From an uncultured delta proteobacterium (GTDB lineage: Bacteria > Desulfobacterota > Syntrophia > Syntrophales > Smithellaceae), in the NCBI GenBank assembly GCA_963753975.1, contig CAVWEH010000002.1, forward strand, positions 691,375-755,374: 64,000 nucleotides of DNA, in the 5' to 3' direction. Below are positions 54,053 to 64,000 of this stretch, in pieces. The position numbers and the translations under genes were made by a program. The notes beneath the pieces are model-generated. The model searched no databases and was not told the origin of the DNA. It saw only the letters and a list, made by a program, of their open reading frames with translations. Position 1 is the first letter of the stretch. Every line of letters starts with the position of its first letter.

Positions 54053-55732
54053 GTGTTGAGGCAGATGAAAATCAATAAAATTAATAAATGCGAAAATATA
54101 TTCATAATTCTTATTAGTATAACAATTTTATCATTATTGTTCATAGAAATAATGATCAATATAACTCCGCCGATAGCCCGTGACGTGCTCATTCATCATT
54201 TGGCTATTCCTAAGCTCTGGCTGAAAAATGGCGGTTTCTATGAAATCAAATGGGCTGATTTTTCTTATTATCCAATGAATATCGATCTACTTTATATCAT
54301 CCCGCTTTATTTCAATAATGATGCCATTCCCAGTTTTATCCATATGGGCTTTGGCATCGGAACAGCGTGGCTGATTTATCACTATGTCAGCAATAAATTA
54401 GGCCGTCTTGCAGGGCTTCTTGGTGTTCTTGTTTTTCTCAGCACACCGATTGTGGTGCGTATGTCCACGGTTGCCTATGTCGATCTTGGTTTGGTTTTTT
54501 TTACAACAGCCAGCCTTCTCGCATATGTCCGCTGGCGTGACGGCGAGTACAAAGAATACAAATGGTTTTTATTTTCCGCAATCGCTTTGGGTCTGGCTCT
54601 GGGAACAAAATACAATGCCTTGATTGCATGGTTTTTTCTATCGTTCGCAATTGTATTTGTCTATTCCAGGGACACGGAAAGACAAGGGAAAGCTATAGGG
54701 TATGGTGCCGTCTTTTTTCTCGTTTCTCTCTTGATATTTTCTCCCTGGCTGATCAAGAATATAATTCTTACGGGCAATCCTTTATATCCGCTATTTAAAG
54801 GCATCTTCAGCATAAGCAGTGTCACCACTGAAGGAGGCACTACTTCCATAGTTTCCGGAAATACTTATATGGGTATCTTCAAAATGCGGGAAATGTTATA
54901 CGGAGAAAATTTTTGGGAAACTTTGCTTATTCCCCTCCGGTTTTTTTTCCAGGGGCAAGATCATTCCGACCGTTATTTCGACGGTGTCTTAAACCCTATT
55001 CTAATAATCGCACTTCCTTTTGCCTTTATGAACAAGTCATTCTATCGTGATAAGCTCTTTTTTATGTTGTTTGCCGGTTTCTTCATTTTAGCGACCTTTT
55101 TCCTTGATCAGCAAAGGATACGTTATATATTACCTGTCATCCCAATTCTATCTATCCTGACAGTAATGGGTTTGATAAATATCTTCAACTGGACGATGAG
55201 CATATCAAATCGCTTCAAGGAACCTTTGTTATTGTAGTTCTTGTTTTCTATTTTTATTTTAATGATGGGCAGGAACTTCCTTTATATAAACAATTATTTT
55301 CAGAATATTGGACCAATTAACTATATTTTAGGCAAAGAATCAAGGGATGAGTTTATTACGCGTCATGATCACAGTTATTCAGCTATTAAATATATTAATG
55401 CAAACACACCGGAAAATGCCAAAGTCAGATTAATTTTACTGGCGGGACGCGGGTATTATCTGGATAGAATATATGAGGATGATTCTTCTTATGGTATGGA
55501 TGTTATTCGCGGCCTTGCAGTAAGCTCCACCGACGATAAATCCTTTCGTGCTTATCTTAGTTCCCTTGGCTGCACTCACATTCTGATACGGGTGGATTTG
55601 TTTCATCAATTTCTGCGTGATAATTATTCTCCGGATGCGGGTAAATTACTAATTCAGCGGATGAGCAAAACAATGGATATGATATACAATAAGGATGGAT
55701 ATGCAGTATACAGAATAATCCTCCCCTCGTAA
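54053..55732 (+). CDS. GT-C fold (ArnT/PMT-like) glycosyltransferase, frameshift near 55225
   Basis: RDVLIHHLAIPK, YPMN, YVD, GTKY, GNPLYP, RYILP; C-terminal soluble domain in ORF 55241-55732. Confidence 0.8.
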
Positions 55733-55898
55733 GCTCTCCGCTCGGGGGCGTTATGTCCAATAGCCCATAATTTCTTCATACGGTAAAGAAGCATTTCGCT
55801 TCTTACACATTGAACTTCACGTTTAAGATTTATGTACCCGAATACTCCGGTGGAGTTATGTTTTCAGATAAGGAAATTGAAATTATAAGATAATAAAT

Positions 55899-55931
55899 AA
55901 AAGAAGGGGGTCGCATAGACCCCCTTCTTTC
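55899..55931. terminator. bidirectional terminator after pilA
   Basis: AAAGAAGGGGGTC-GCATA-GACCCCCTTCTTT. Confidence 0.85.
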
Positions 55932-55970
55932 GTTAAACTACGGTAGAAATAGAGTCGTGAACAATATTTT

Positions 55971-56381
55971 TTATTGAACCTTTAGGTCATCAGTGACACC
56001 ACCAGTAGGTGCATAGATGACTGATCCCGTTACGTGGGAGGTGTCTCCCGAGTAAGTACCTGTTACCTGGCCCGTATCGTCTATCGCAATTGTAACTCCA
56101 TTTGATACTCTCATTCCTGGATATAAAGTAGAACTAAGATCACCCGGCCCTACTGTTGTAACAGCAGGAGGAGTAGCTCCCGGATTATCAGCCATATACG
56201 CTTGCGTTCCCGTATAAGCATTTCTCGCATCGGCTCTTGTGGTTGCAACGTAGCCCCTTGCCCTGTATAGCATGAATTGCGGGATGGCGATGGCTGCCAA
56301 AATACCGATAATCGCCACAACGATCATCAACTCAATCAACGTGAAACCTTTTTGTCCTTTTTTCTTAAAAAACTTTAACAT
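55971..56381 (-). CDS. pilA: type IVa major pilin
   Basis: Class III signal [38 protein letters not shown]; own sigma54 promoter and terminator. Confidence 0.9.
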   Translation of the reverse strand: MLKFFKKKGQKGFTLIELMIVVAIIGILAAIAIPQFMLYRARGYVATTRADARNAYTGTQAYMADNPGATPPAVTTVGPGDLSSTLYPGMRVSNGVTIAIDDTGQVTGTYSGDTSHVTGSVIYAPTGGVTDDLKVQ

Positions 56382-56540
56382 AATGTTCCTCCTTCTATAA
56401 TAGCATTTTAATTTTTGCGTTTTTATTTGTTATTAAATACACTATATTTCGCCAAATTTGTCTACCCGTTAATTTTGCCTTCTCACCCCCTTAATTGTTT
56501 TTATCTTAAACTTTCTTTCTCTCTACACATTTTAACTTCA

Positions 56541-56556
56541 AGCAATTGATATGCCA
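56541..56556 (-). promoter_or_regulatory. sigma54 -24/-12 promoter of pilA
   Basis: Minus strand TGGCATATCAATTGCT (GG-N10-GC). Confidence 0.8.
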
Positions 56557-57296
56557 AATGCCACAAATATACTTCTCTCCATAAAAATACCTGAAATTAG
56601 TGTTTAAATCCAAGAATAAACATTTCCTCAAAATCTTTATAGCGGTAGAGTTGATAATCCTATAGATTCGATAAGCGGTGTTTTTCACCAAAACACCGTA
56701 GATTTCACCCTTTATTAAAAAATGCTATTTTGCAGTTAATAAATAATATTAAACTCAAAGGCAAATCCCGAATCCCAAAATAAGGACAGTTACCGGCAGT
56801 ATGGACTGCAGCTCCCAAGCCGGACAAAATGTGTTAGAGTAGTTGGCACGAGCCAGAGTCCAGGAGAACGGGAGAAAGTATCTTGCCATGAAGCACCGAA
56901 AAATTTTTGCTATCGAACTCCTACGCCGGATTGTCGCAAAACTGCTCAGCGGGATGAGCATGCCTTCCCGACTCATATGCCGTTAGATCGTAGCTATAAG
57001 CCAGTGGTTAAACTAAAAGTGCCATAGTTGACAGTTTCGGATACATTCAGGTAGCTGTTACAAAAAAAGCACGGTCCAACTAGCCCGGACGAGGCATCCT
57101 GAAGGAGGTAGAAAGTAATATCGTACAAGTTTTTTATTTTATCCGCCAATATGATATACAGGACACAAGGAAGCGCAGATGAAGTGGAGTAAACCCCTCG
57201 ATTGTATTGCCGCTGGCACTGATTAATATAAACTACATCATAAATGGCAAAGTTCAAATATAAATTAGAAACTTAAAAAACGAGGAACTGCGATTT

Positions 57297-58826
57297 ATGG
57301 AACAGGAAAAGCCAGAAACACCTTCAAAATCTGTTTGGAAAAGGATAAATAATTCAAAGTATCTTCTAATTATATTTGCAATAGCTTCTTTTCTCCTTCC
57401 ATTTTTAATTGGCAGTTATGACCTTCACACAAAAAGACAACTAGAATTTATGGATAATATGGCGGAAGAATATATGTTGCTTGGTGTTAAACTTCAGCAA
57501 ACGGGCAAATATGAAATTGAAAAAAATAAAAACTTCTTTTTCAGACCGCCTGGTTATCCTTATTTTATTTATTTTGCTTTAAAATTTTACGATAAAGTAC
57601 CAGAAAAAGATCAGCTGTTTTCAAGCAACGAAGAGTTAGCTAAGGTTGAAAAAGGTATTAACGGCTATATATATTTTGTTCAGAATATTTTGTTCAGTTT
57701 AACGGTATTATTTATTTTCGGAATTGCGCTGAACTTTCTTAAACCAGCACTTGCTTTTTTCATAAGTCTTCTGTTTGGCTGCAATCCTTATTTTCTGATT
57801 CTCATCGGTTTATTACACTATGAAATTCTGCACATATTTCTGTTAGCGCTCGGAACTTTTCTTCTGATAAATGGATTTGATAAAAAGCCATGGGGATACA
57901 TATGGTTGGTTCTCTCGGGATTGTGTTTTGGCTTAGCCACGCTGGTAAGGCCTATCACGCTTATTCTTCCAGTGTTTGTCTTTTTAGGACTTTTAACCGC
58001 TGAAAAGAAAAAATTTACTCCTGCAGCCATCAAAACATTGGTATTCGTCTTTTGCATGATAGTTGTTATAGCTCCCTGGTCATGGAGAAACTACCAGCTC
58101 TCCAAAACATTTATTCCCGTAAATGCGCAGGCCGGTATTGCCTTGTGGAGCGGGACGGTAAAAGCCTTACCAATACAACCGAATAACTATCGCTGGTGGG
58201 GTTTGTGGTATGCTGAAGGAAGGCCTATTTATCAAAAAGTGGCGGGTAATGAAAAACTTACAGCGTATAGCTTGGCTCATTATAACCTTGAATTGGAAAA
58301 GGAATTTAAAAAAGAAGCTTATTCAAATCTTAAAAAACAACCTCTTACCTATGCTTATAATGTGATGATGAATTTTATCACTATAAACTTACATGTGAAT
58401 TCCGTTTTCCTGAAAATCTTTGATTACATTCAATTGCCCGGAAATATATTTCACAAAGAGTTTCTGAAATCTCGTAACGATCAAACATTTCACCAAGATT
58501 GGCAGTCAAATTTATTCACTTTTCTCTTTATTCTTCTTACTATTTGCGCTGGTGCAGGATTTTACCTAGGAATCAAAAACAAGGATTTCTCCATACTTCC
58601 TGTTTTGACAGTATACCTTTGTGTTACTATTGCACATAGTATCACCTATATGGATATCATGTATTACTATGTTAAAATGCCTTTCCTGTTTATTTTCTAC
58701 GCCTATTTTCTAAAGCAGTTGACGGCGTCAAAAAATAGTAACTTCAACTATGTCCTCGCAACAGCAGTTGCTTTGCCTGGATTGCTCACATCGGTATTAC
58801 TTTTTAATGTTATTCTTCAAAAGTAA
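57297..58826 (+). CDS. GT-C fold (ArnT/GT39-like) glycosyltransferase
   Basis: FRPPGYP, HYEIL, GLATLVRP, PWSWRN; many TM segments. Confidence 0.82.
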   Translation: MEQEKPETPSKSVWKRINNSKYLLIIFAIASFLLPFLIGSYDLHTKRQLEFMDNMAEEYMLLGVKLQQTGKYEIEKNKNFFFRPPGYPYFIYFALKFYDKVPEKDQLFSSNEELAKVEKGINGYIYFVQNILFSLTVLFIFGIALNFLKPALAFFISLLFGCNPYFLILIGLLHYEILHIFLLALGTFLLINGFDKKPWGYIWLVLSGLCFGLATLVRPITLILPVFVFLGLLTAEKKKFTPAAIKTLVFVFCMIVVIAPWSWRNYQLSKTFIPVNAQAGIALWSGTVKALPIQPNNYRWWGLWYAEGRPIYQKVAGNEKLTAYSLAHYNLELEKEFKKEAYSNLKKQPLTYAYNVMMNFITINLHVNSVFLKIFDYIQLPGNIFHKEFLKSRNDQTFHQDWQSNLFTFLFILLTICAGAGFYLGIKNKDFSILPVLTVYLCVTIAHSITYMDIMYYYVKMPFLFIFYAYFLKQLTASKNSNFNYVLATAVALPGLLTSVLLFNVILQK

Positions 58827-58981
58827 AGGCCTGTTGGTAAGCTCGCTAATGATCCGTTGATTGTCCACTGCTGAACGTTGATCCAACACATTTGACAAGC
58901 TCCGTGCTTCGCACTCGCCCTATATTGGAGAATAGTGGAATTGCATGTCCTGCATTTTAGTCGAGGCTTATGATTTGCGGA

Positions 58982-59113
58982 TACAATCTCAAGCGTCTGC
59001 ATTGCTCGTTCGCACACCGGTCGCCTGCGGAATTTGAAAAACTGTTTATTAAAAACCGCAACCCCTGTCCGACTGCTCTAACCGGTTCTGTCTAACTTCT
59101 GGGATGTAGTCCG
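58982..59113 (+). mobile_element. IS3-family remnant (transposase C-terminus plus right end)
   Basis: YNLKRLHCSFAHRSPAEFE matches the IS3 YNxxRxHSxLGYxSPxEFE motif; ends TGTCTAACTTCTGGGATGTAGTCCG, like an IS3/IS150 right inverted repeat. Confidence 0.7.
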
Positions 59114-59260
59114 GCAGGCTCTTTATAATATCCTAATACTTACTCTATAGGGCTTAATTATTGTTTTTACCTAACTCCATCTCTCCCATAGTTTTTTGTT
59201 ATTTCTCCTTTCATTAAAATGTGGTATTAATTATAGATTAACGATTGAGGAAAAAATAAG

Positions 59261-59638
59261 ATGTACGAAGTAACTATAATTAAATCATTTTCCGCCGCGC
59301 ATGTTCTGGAAAATATCGGCGGTAAATGTGAAGAATTACACGGCCATAATTTTAAAGTGGAAGTAACTGTGGCGGCTCCAAAGTTACACCCAGCCGGATT
59401 GTTAATTGACTTTCGCGTGTTGAAAAAATGGCTTGCCGAAACTCTTGAAGATATCGATCATAAATATCTCAATACCCTCCCTTCCTTTGCCGGTATAAAT
59501 CCTTCTGCGGAAAATATCGCCAAATATATTAGTGAAAAAATGGAAGCGGAGGCAAAGAACGCTTCCGTTAAAGTCAGCAAGGTTAAAGTTTGGGAATCCG
59601 AAAACGCGTCAGCTACTTATTTGCCGGAGGAAGCGTAG
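59261..59638 (+). CDS. queD: 6-carboxytetrahydropterin synthase
   Basis: FSAAH, CEELHGHN, IDF, DHKYLN, PSAEN, VWES. Confidence 0.93.
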   Translation: MYEVTIIKSFSAAHVLENIGGKCEELHGHNFKVEVTVAAPKLHPAGLLIDFRVLKKWLAETLEDIDHKYLNTLPSFAGINPSAENIAKYISEKMEAEAKNASVKVSKVKVWESENASATYLPEEA

Positions 59639-59670
59639 CCCGGTGAATACCGGGGCTGAGTACCTTAACT

Positions 59671-60438
59671 ATGATTGATATTCAAAACCAAAAAGATTTC
59701 CGCAACATCGACATTGAAAAAGTCGGCGTCAAAAACATCAAATATCCGATTACCGTTCTTGATCGCGCCCGCGGCACCCAGCCGGTCAACGCCACCATAA
59801 ATATGTACGTCAACCTACCGCGCCATTTCAAAGGCGCGCACATGAGCCGCTTCGTGGAAGTGCTCAATGATTTCAAGGGTCAAATCAGCATTAAAACCTT
59901 TCAAACTATTCTGGAAAAGACGCGGCAAAAACTGCACGCCCAATCCGCGCATATGGAAATTGAATTCCCCTATTTTTTGGAAAAAACAGCGCCTGTTTCC
60001 AAAGCCAAAAGTCTCATGGAATACCGGTGTTTTTTTGCGGGCGAAAACAGCGCTATCCAAACCGATTTTCTGGTCGGTGTCGTTGTGCCCGTGACCACTG
60101 TCTGCCCGTGTTCCAGGGAAATTAGCCAATTCGGCGCACATAATCAGCGCAGTATCGTTACGGTAAAGGTACGCTTTCAGAAATTTTTCTGGATTGAAGA
60201 TATTATAAAAACAGTGGAAAATTCGGCCAGTGGTGAGGTATACTCCCTTTTAAAGCGGGTGGATGAAAAATATGTTACGGAAAAAGCTTATGAGAATCCG
60301 AAATTCGTGGAAGATGTCGTCCGTAGTGTGGCCGTGAAACTGGATAAAGATGAAAATTTCACTTGGTATAGCATTGAAGCCGAGAACTTTGAAAGTATTC
60401 ATAACCACAGCGCCTACGCCTATTTAGAGAAAGGATAA
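59671..60438 (+). CDS. folE2: GTP cyclohydrolase IB
   Basis: [39 protein letters not shown]. Confidence 0.95.
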   Translation: MIDIQNQKDFRNIDIEKVGVKNIKYPITVLDRARGTQPVNATINMYVNLPRHFKGAHMSRFVEVLNDFKGQISIKTFQTILEKTRQKLHAQSAHMEIEFPYFLEKTAPVSKAKSLMEYRCFFAGENSAIQTDFLVGVVVPVTTVCPCSREISQFGAHNQRSIVTVKVRFQKFFWIEDIIKTVENSASGEVYSLLKRVDEKYVTEKAYENPKFVEDVVRSVAVKLDKDENFTWYSIEAENFESIHNHSAYAYLEKG

Positions 60439-60442
60439 ATTC

Positions 60443-62515
60443 ATGCCTTCAAAAAAACCTGCTCAGTTTTTTAATCTATATAATCAGGGCTTTATCCGCG
60501 CAGCTGTTTGCATTCCCGAGCTTAGAATTGCCGATACTATCTTCAACACTCAAAAAACTATTGAACTTGCGCGAGAAGCGGCTTCCCAAAAAGCGATACT
60601 GGCTGTTTTCCCGGAATTGGGCTTATCCGCTTATTCTAACGAAGATTTGTTCCATCAGGATGCGCTTTTGTTTGGGGTGAAGGAAGCGCTTTCCGCATTG
60701 GCGAAAGCTTCGGAAAAGATTAATTTGATTATGGCTGTGGGTGCGCCTCTGCAGAGTGATTGCCGGCTTTTTAATTGTGCCGTTGTATTTTACCGCGGCA
60801 AAATTCTTGGTGTCGCGGTTAAATCATATCTTCCCAACTACCGCGAATTTTATGAAGGAAGACAGTTCACCCCGGCCGGAACCGTTCTTTCATCAAAAAT
60901 AGAATTAGCCGGCCAAAAAGAAATCCCTTTCGGCGCCGATATAATTTTTAAAATAGCCAATATTAATAATTTTAATTTTTTCCTCGAAATCTGTGAAGAT
61001 TTATGGGTTCCCATTCCACCATCGAGTTTCGCGGCCATGGCTGGCGCCACTGTCATTGGAAATTTATCCGCTTCCAATGTAACAATAGGAAAATCCGAGT
61101 ACCGCCACCAACTGGCTGCCAATCAATCGGCGCGCTTAGTTGCCGCTTATCTTTATGCTGCCGCCGGTGCCGGTGAATCGACTACCGACCTGGCCTGGGA
61201 TGGACACGCTATGATTTATGAAAACGGCAACCTGCTTGCCGAATCCGTCCGCTTTTTGCCAAAAGCACAGATAATATACAGCGATATAGATTTGGATCGT
61301 CTGGCACAAGACCGGATGCGCCTCAGCTCTTTCGGCCAGAATTCCGCTACCCACAAACAAAAGCTCTTGTCTTTCCGCAGGATAGAATTCAGTGTTGACG
61401 CTTTCCCAGGAAAAATTCTTCTAAACAGAGAATATTCACGCTATCCCTACATTCCCGCTGATCCTTCCCAGCGTGATCAGCGCTGCTATGAGGCTTATAA
61501 TATTCAAGTTCAGGGCTTGGCGAAACGATTAAAAGCTTCGGGTATTGTCAACTTGGTTATCGGCGTTTCCGGCGGGCTTGATTCCACTCACGCTCTGATT
61601 GTCGCCGCCAAAACAACAGATCTTTTAGGCTTGCCGCGTTCTAATGTTAAAGCCTACACGATGCCCGGTTTCGGCACAACATCCAAAACCTATAACAACG
61701 CACGTAAACTGATGAAAGCGCTGGGAGTGGAAGCAAATGAAATCGATATCAAGCCCGCTTGCCTGCAGGTGCTCAAGGATATTAAGCATCCTTTCGCGCG
61801 CGGTAAAAAAGTTTATGATATTACTTTCGAAAATGTCCAGGCCGGTCAACGTACCGCGCACCTCTTTCGTTTGGCTAACGCGAAAAAGGCGCTGGTTATG
61901 GGTACAGGAGACTTAAGTGAACTGGCCCTAGGCTGGAGCACTTACGGTATTGGCGATCACATGTCGCATTATAATGTCAATACCAGCGTTCCTAAAACGC
62001 TAATCCAACATTTGATCCGGTGGGTTGCGCACACGAATCAATTCTCGTCGGCAGTATCCAAAACTCTTATTGATGTGCTGGAAACAGAAATATCGCCCGA
62101 ACTTATTCCCGGAGAAATTAACGATCAACCCTGCCAGAAAACAGAAACCGTTATCGGTCCCTATGAGCTGCAGGATTTTAATAACTTCTACATAACACGT
62201 TTTGGCTACTTACCCAAAAAAGTGGCATTTCTGGCCTATTGCGCGTGGAAGGATAAGAAAAAAGGGCTCTGGCCCGATATCCCCACTGAAAAGAGAAACG
62301 CTTATAGCCTAAAAGAAATAAAAAAATGGCTTTACATTTATCTATATAGATTTTTCAAAACTTCGCAGTATAAACGCTCCTGCGTCCCCAACGGACCAAA
62401 GGTCGGCTCCGGAGGATCACTTTCACCGCGCAGCGACTATCGCGCTCCCAGTGACAGTGAAGCAGAAGTCTGGCTGAAAGACTGGGAGAAAATTCCGGAT
62501 AGCGATGATCGATAA
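60443..62515 (+). CDS. nadE: glutamine-dependent NAD+ synthetase
   Basis: [36 protein letters not shown]. Confidence 0.95.
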   Translation: MPSKKPAQFFNLYNQGFIRAAVCIPELRIADTIFNTQKTIELAREAASQKAILAVFPELGLSAYSNEDLFHQDALLFGVKEALSALAKASEKINLIMAVGAPLQSDCRLFNCAVVFYRGKILGVAVKSYLPNYREFYEGRQFTPAGTVLSSKIELAGQKEIPFGADIIFKIANINNFNFFLEICEDLWVPIPPSSFAAMAGATVIGNLSASNVTIGKSEYRHQLAANQSARLVAAYLYAAAGAGESTTDLAWDGHAMIYENGNLLAESVRFLPKAQIIYSDIDLDRLAQDRMRLSSFGQNSATHKQKLLSFRRIEFSVDAFPGKILLNREYSRYPYIPADPSQRDQRCYEAYNIQVQGLAKRLKASGIVNLVIGVSGGLDSTHALIVAAKTTDLLGLPRSNVKAYTMPGFGTTSKTYNNARKLMKALGVEANEIDIKPACLQVLKDIKHPFARGKKVYDITFENVQAGQRTAHLFRLANAKKALVMGTGDLSELALGWSTYGIGDHMSHYNVNTSVPKTLIQHLIRWVAHTNQFSSAVSKTLIDVLETEISPELIPGEINDQPCQKTETVIGPYELQDFNNFYITRFGYLPKKVAFLAYCAWKDKKKGLWPDIPTEKRNAYSLKEIKKWLYIYLYRFFKTSQYKRSCVPNGPKVGSGGSLSPRSDYRAPSDSEAEVWLKDWEKIPDSDDR

Positions 62516-62712
62516 TGCAACAATCATATAAAGACTTTGACGCTACAGAGTTATTCTGCCCTCGATGCAAAAAGGCTGTTCCCGTAAGAAAAAGACTATT
62601 GCTAATTCTGCCGGAAGGAGAAAAGTACGATTATAATTGCGTTTTTTGTGGAGCTTCCGTGGGTGATAAGCTGGTTAAAGAAAAAGGCAGTTTAAATGTA
62701 ATTTTAAATTGA
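62515..62712 (+). CDS. small CxxC...CxxC zinc-binding protein
   Basis: CPRC...CVFC; ATG overlaps the nadE stop (TAATG). Confidence 0.75.
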   Translation: MQQSYKDFDATELFCPRCKKAVPVRKRLLLILPEGEKYDYNCVFCGASVGDKLVKEKGSLNVILN

Positions 62713-62723
62713 AAGTCCTCTCC

Positions 62724-63182
62724 TTATTTGTTTTTCTGCAACGCTTTTTTTAGCTTTTCGGCGAGTAAGCCGGAGCTGCCTGCAGCCGATAAATCTTCAT
62801 AAACGACACCGAATTCCCGGCCGGATGCTTCGCCTTCTAAATAATCCGCCAATACTCCGCGGCTATGAACATCTTCATGACAATAAACACAAAGATTTTC
62901 CCAATTGCTGCCGTCAGCAGGATTATTGTGATGATTACCGTCTTTATGGTGGACTGTTAAAAGATGCCGCCTGGATTCATCAAATTCACGGCCGCAACGG
63001 GCACATACAAGCCCATGAATATTTAGTGCTTTCTCGCGGTAGTCCTCGCCTGCAGGAGGTCTTTGACTTTTTTTAATACCCCGCACTGAATCTTGTAGTG
63101 ATTTAGTCTTATCTCCAGCGGAATTTACTTTTTTTTGAATTTTTACGCGGCCCCATTTGTTGGAAAATATTACTTTTACCAT
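62724..63182 (-). CDS. YajD-family HNH nuclease
   Basis: YREKAL, CARCGREF, LTVHHKDGNHHNNPADGSNWENLCVYCHEDVHSR. Confidence 0.88.
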   Translation of the reverse strand: MVKVIFSNKWGRVKIQKKVNSAGDKTKSLQDSVRGIKKSQRPPAGEDYREKALNIHGLVCARCGREFDESRRHLLTVHHKDGNHHNNPADGSNWENLCVYCHEDVHSRGVLADYLEGEASGREFGVVYEDLSAAGSSGLLAEKLKKALQKNK

Positions 63183-63194
63183 TTTATTTTTTCT

Positions 63195-63593
63195 TCACGC
63201 GGCTCCATCTTTCTTCAGAAATACGTTCAGAAAAACGCGTACACCTTTTATAATTGCTATAGCATTTTTAATCAGTGGGAAAAAATGCAATTTTACTACT
63301 TTCGGAGCGACGTTCTGGACATCACCAATAAGACCACTTATAGCCGAATAGAACCAGTCTATTACATTGGAAAAAGTTTGAATTTCCCGATTCACAGCAG
63401 TGGTAGAATTATTAATGTTTGTCGTAATCTCTTCCAAATTTTTCATTATGATGGGTAAACTTCGATTAAGAGTATCTAAAGTTAGCGTAATATTTCTTGC
63501 GGTAAGCCATATTTGTAAGAGAATGGGTATGCAAAAAATTATGAGCAGAAAGAAAGCAATACCTAAAATTAACAAATATATTTCCGGATCCAT
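63195..63593 (-). CDS. DUF948-like membrane-anchored protein
   Basis: N-terminal TM then coiled coil; downstream of YtxH. Confidence 0.7.
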   Translation of the reverse strand: MDPEIYLLILGIAFFLLIIFCIPILLQIWLTARNITLTLDTLNRSLPIIMKNLEEITTNINNSTTAVNREIQTFSNVIDWFYSAISGLIGDVQNVAPKVVKLHFFPLIKNAIAIIKGVRVFLNVFLKKDGAA

Positions 63594-63610
63594 GGACTTA
63601 TCCCCAATAA

Positions 63611-63982
63611 TTATGAAAGTTTCTTTTTCTGTTTCTCGCGATAGGCCTCAACACCCGCGTGAATTGCCTTCTTCAATCTTTTCTTCCTGTCCTGAACGGC
63701 CTCGGCGCTCTGATGAGTAAATTCGTTTATTTTGTTCTCTACTTCTGAAGCCCTGGCTCTTACCGATGATTCCATATTTTCGAACCTTTTGAGTTTTTTT
63801 TCATAAGTTTCTCTGTTTTTTTCAAAGTCTTCTTTAGCCTTGGCCATAATTTCATCCGCGTGGCGGGCAAGTTCCTCGCGCGTTTCCTTGCCGCTTTTAG
63901 GCGCGTACAAAATTCCGATAACGGCCCCAATTAATCCGCCAATGAATAGGCCCTTGAAGAAACCACCGTTTCCTTCCGACAT
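63611..63982 (-). CDS. YtxH domain protein
   Basis: GLFIGGLIGAVIGILYAPKSGKETR. Confidence 0.9.
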   Translation of the reverse strand: MSEGNGGFFKGLFIGGLIGAVIGILYAPKSGKETREELARHADEIMAKAKEDFEKNRETYEKKLKRFENMESSVRARASEVENKINEFTHQSAEAVQDRKKRLKKAIHAGVEAYREKQKKKLS

Positions 63983-64000
63983 AGAGCACCTCCGGCAATT

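Noticed and set aside
58870..58925. attC-like ATCCAAC...GTGCTTCGCAC after the fourth GT-C
   Set aside because: No matching right arm and no core site before the gene.
59261..63182. queD-folE2 plus HNH as a 7-deazaguanine DNA modification system
   Set aside because: No dpdA/tgt, queC or queE nearby; the HNH gene is YajD-type, convergent and in another operon.

Overview
64 kb of bacterial chromosome. Gene content (FadN-type beta-oxidation operon, tungstate ABC transporter, Geobacter-style sigma54-driven pilA, LpxH, KdsD) suggests an anaerobic Gram-negative Desulfobacterota syntroph, possibly Smithella/Syntrophus-like; this is inference only. In order: a stress cluster (Pal, DegP, Usp, ferritin, CsbD-like sORF, WrbA); a tungstate uptake operon with two binding proteins and an HTH_17-PBP regulator; TetR-mdtABC-OMF-DedA-MFS efflux; an accessory patch (solo integron-like cassette, sigma54-driven small exported proteins, WYL remnant and att-arm scar at tRNA-Lys, a MITE); six tRNAs in total; dprA-topA-trmFO with structured repeats around topA; speB, lpxH, kdsD; the fad operon; a 12 kb pilin-centred glycosylation island; queD-folE2-nadE; yajD, DUF948, ytxH. 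Many genes are split by single-base insertions, most likely long-read consensus errors. The best candidate for an undescribed system is the pilA island (46.7-58.8 kb): a Cys-free, Thr/Ser-rich pilin with Geobacter-type aromatic residues, flanked by four GT-C transferases (two TMTC-like TPR enzymes with a near-identical 1.2 kb catalytic part but different TPR arrays), a methyltransferase-GT2 fusion and two more methyltransferases. All family calls come from motif recognition by eye; no database searches were run.
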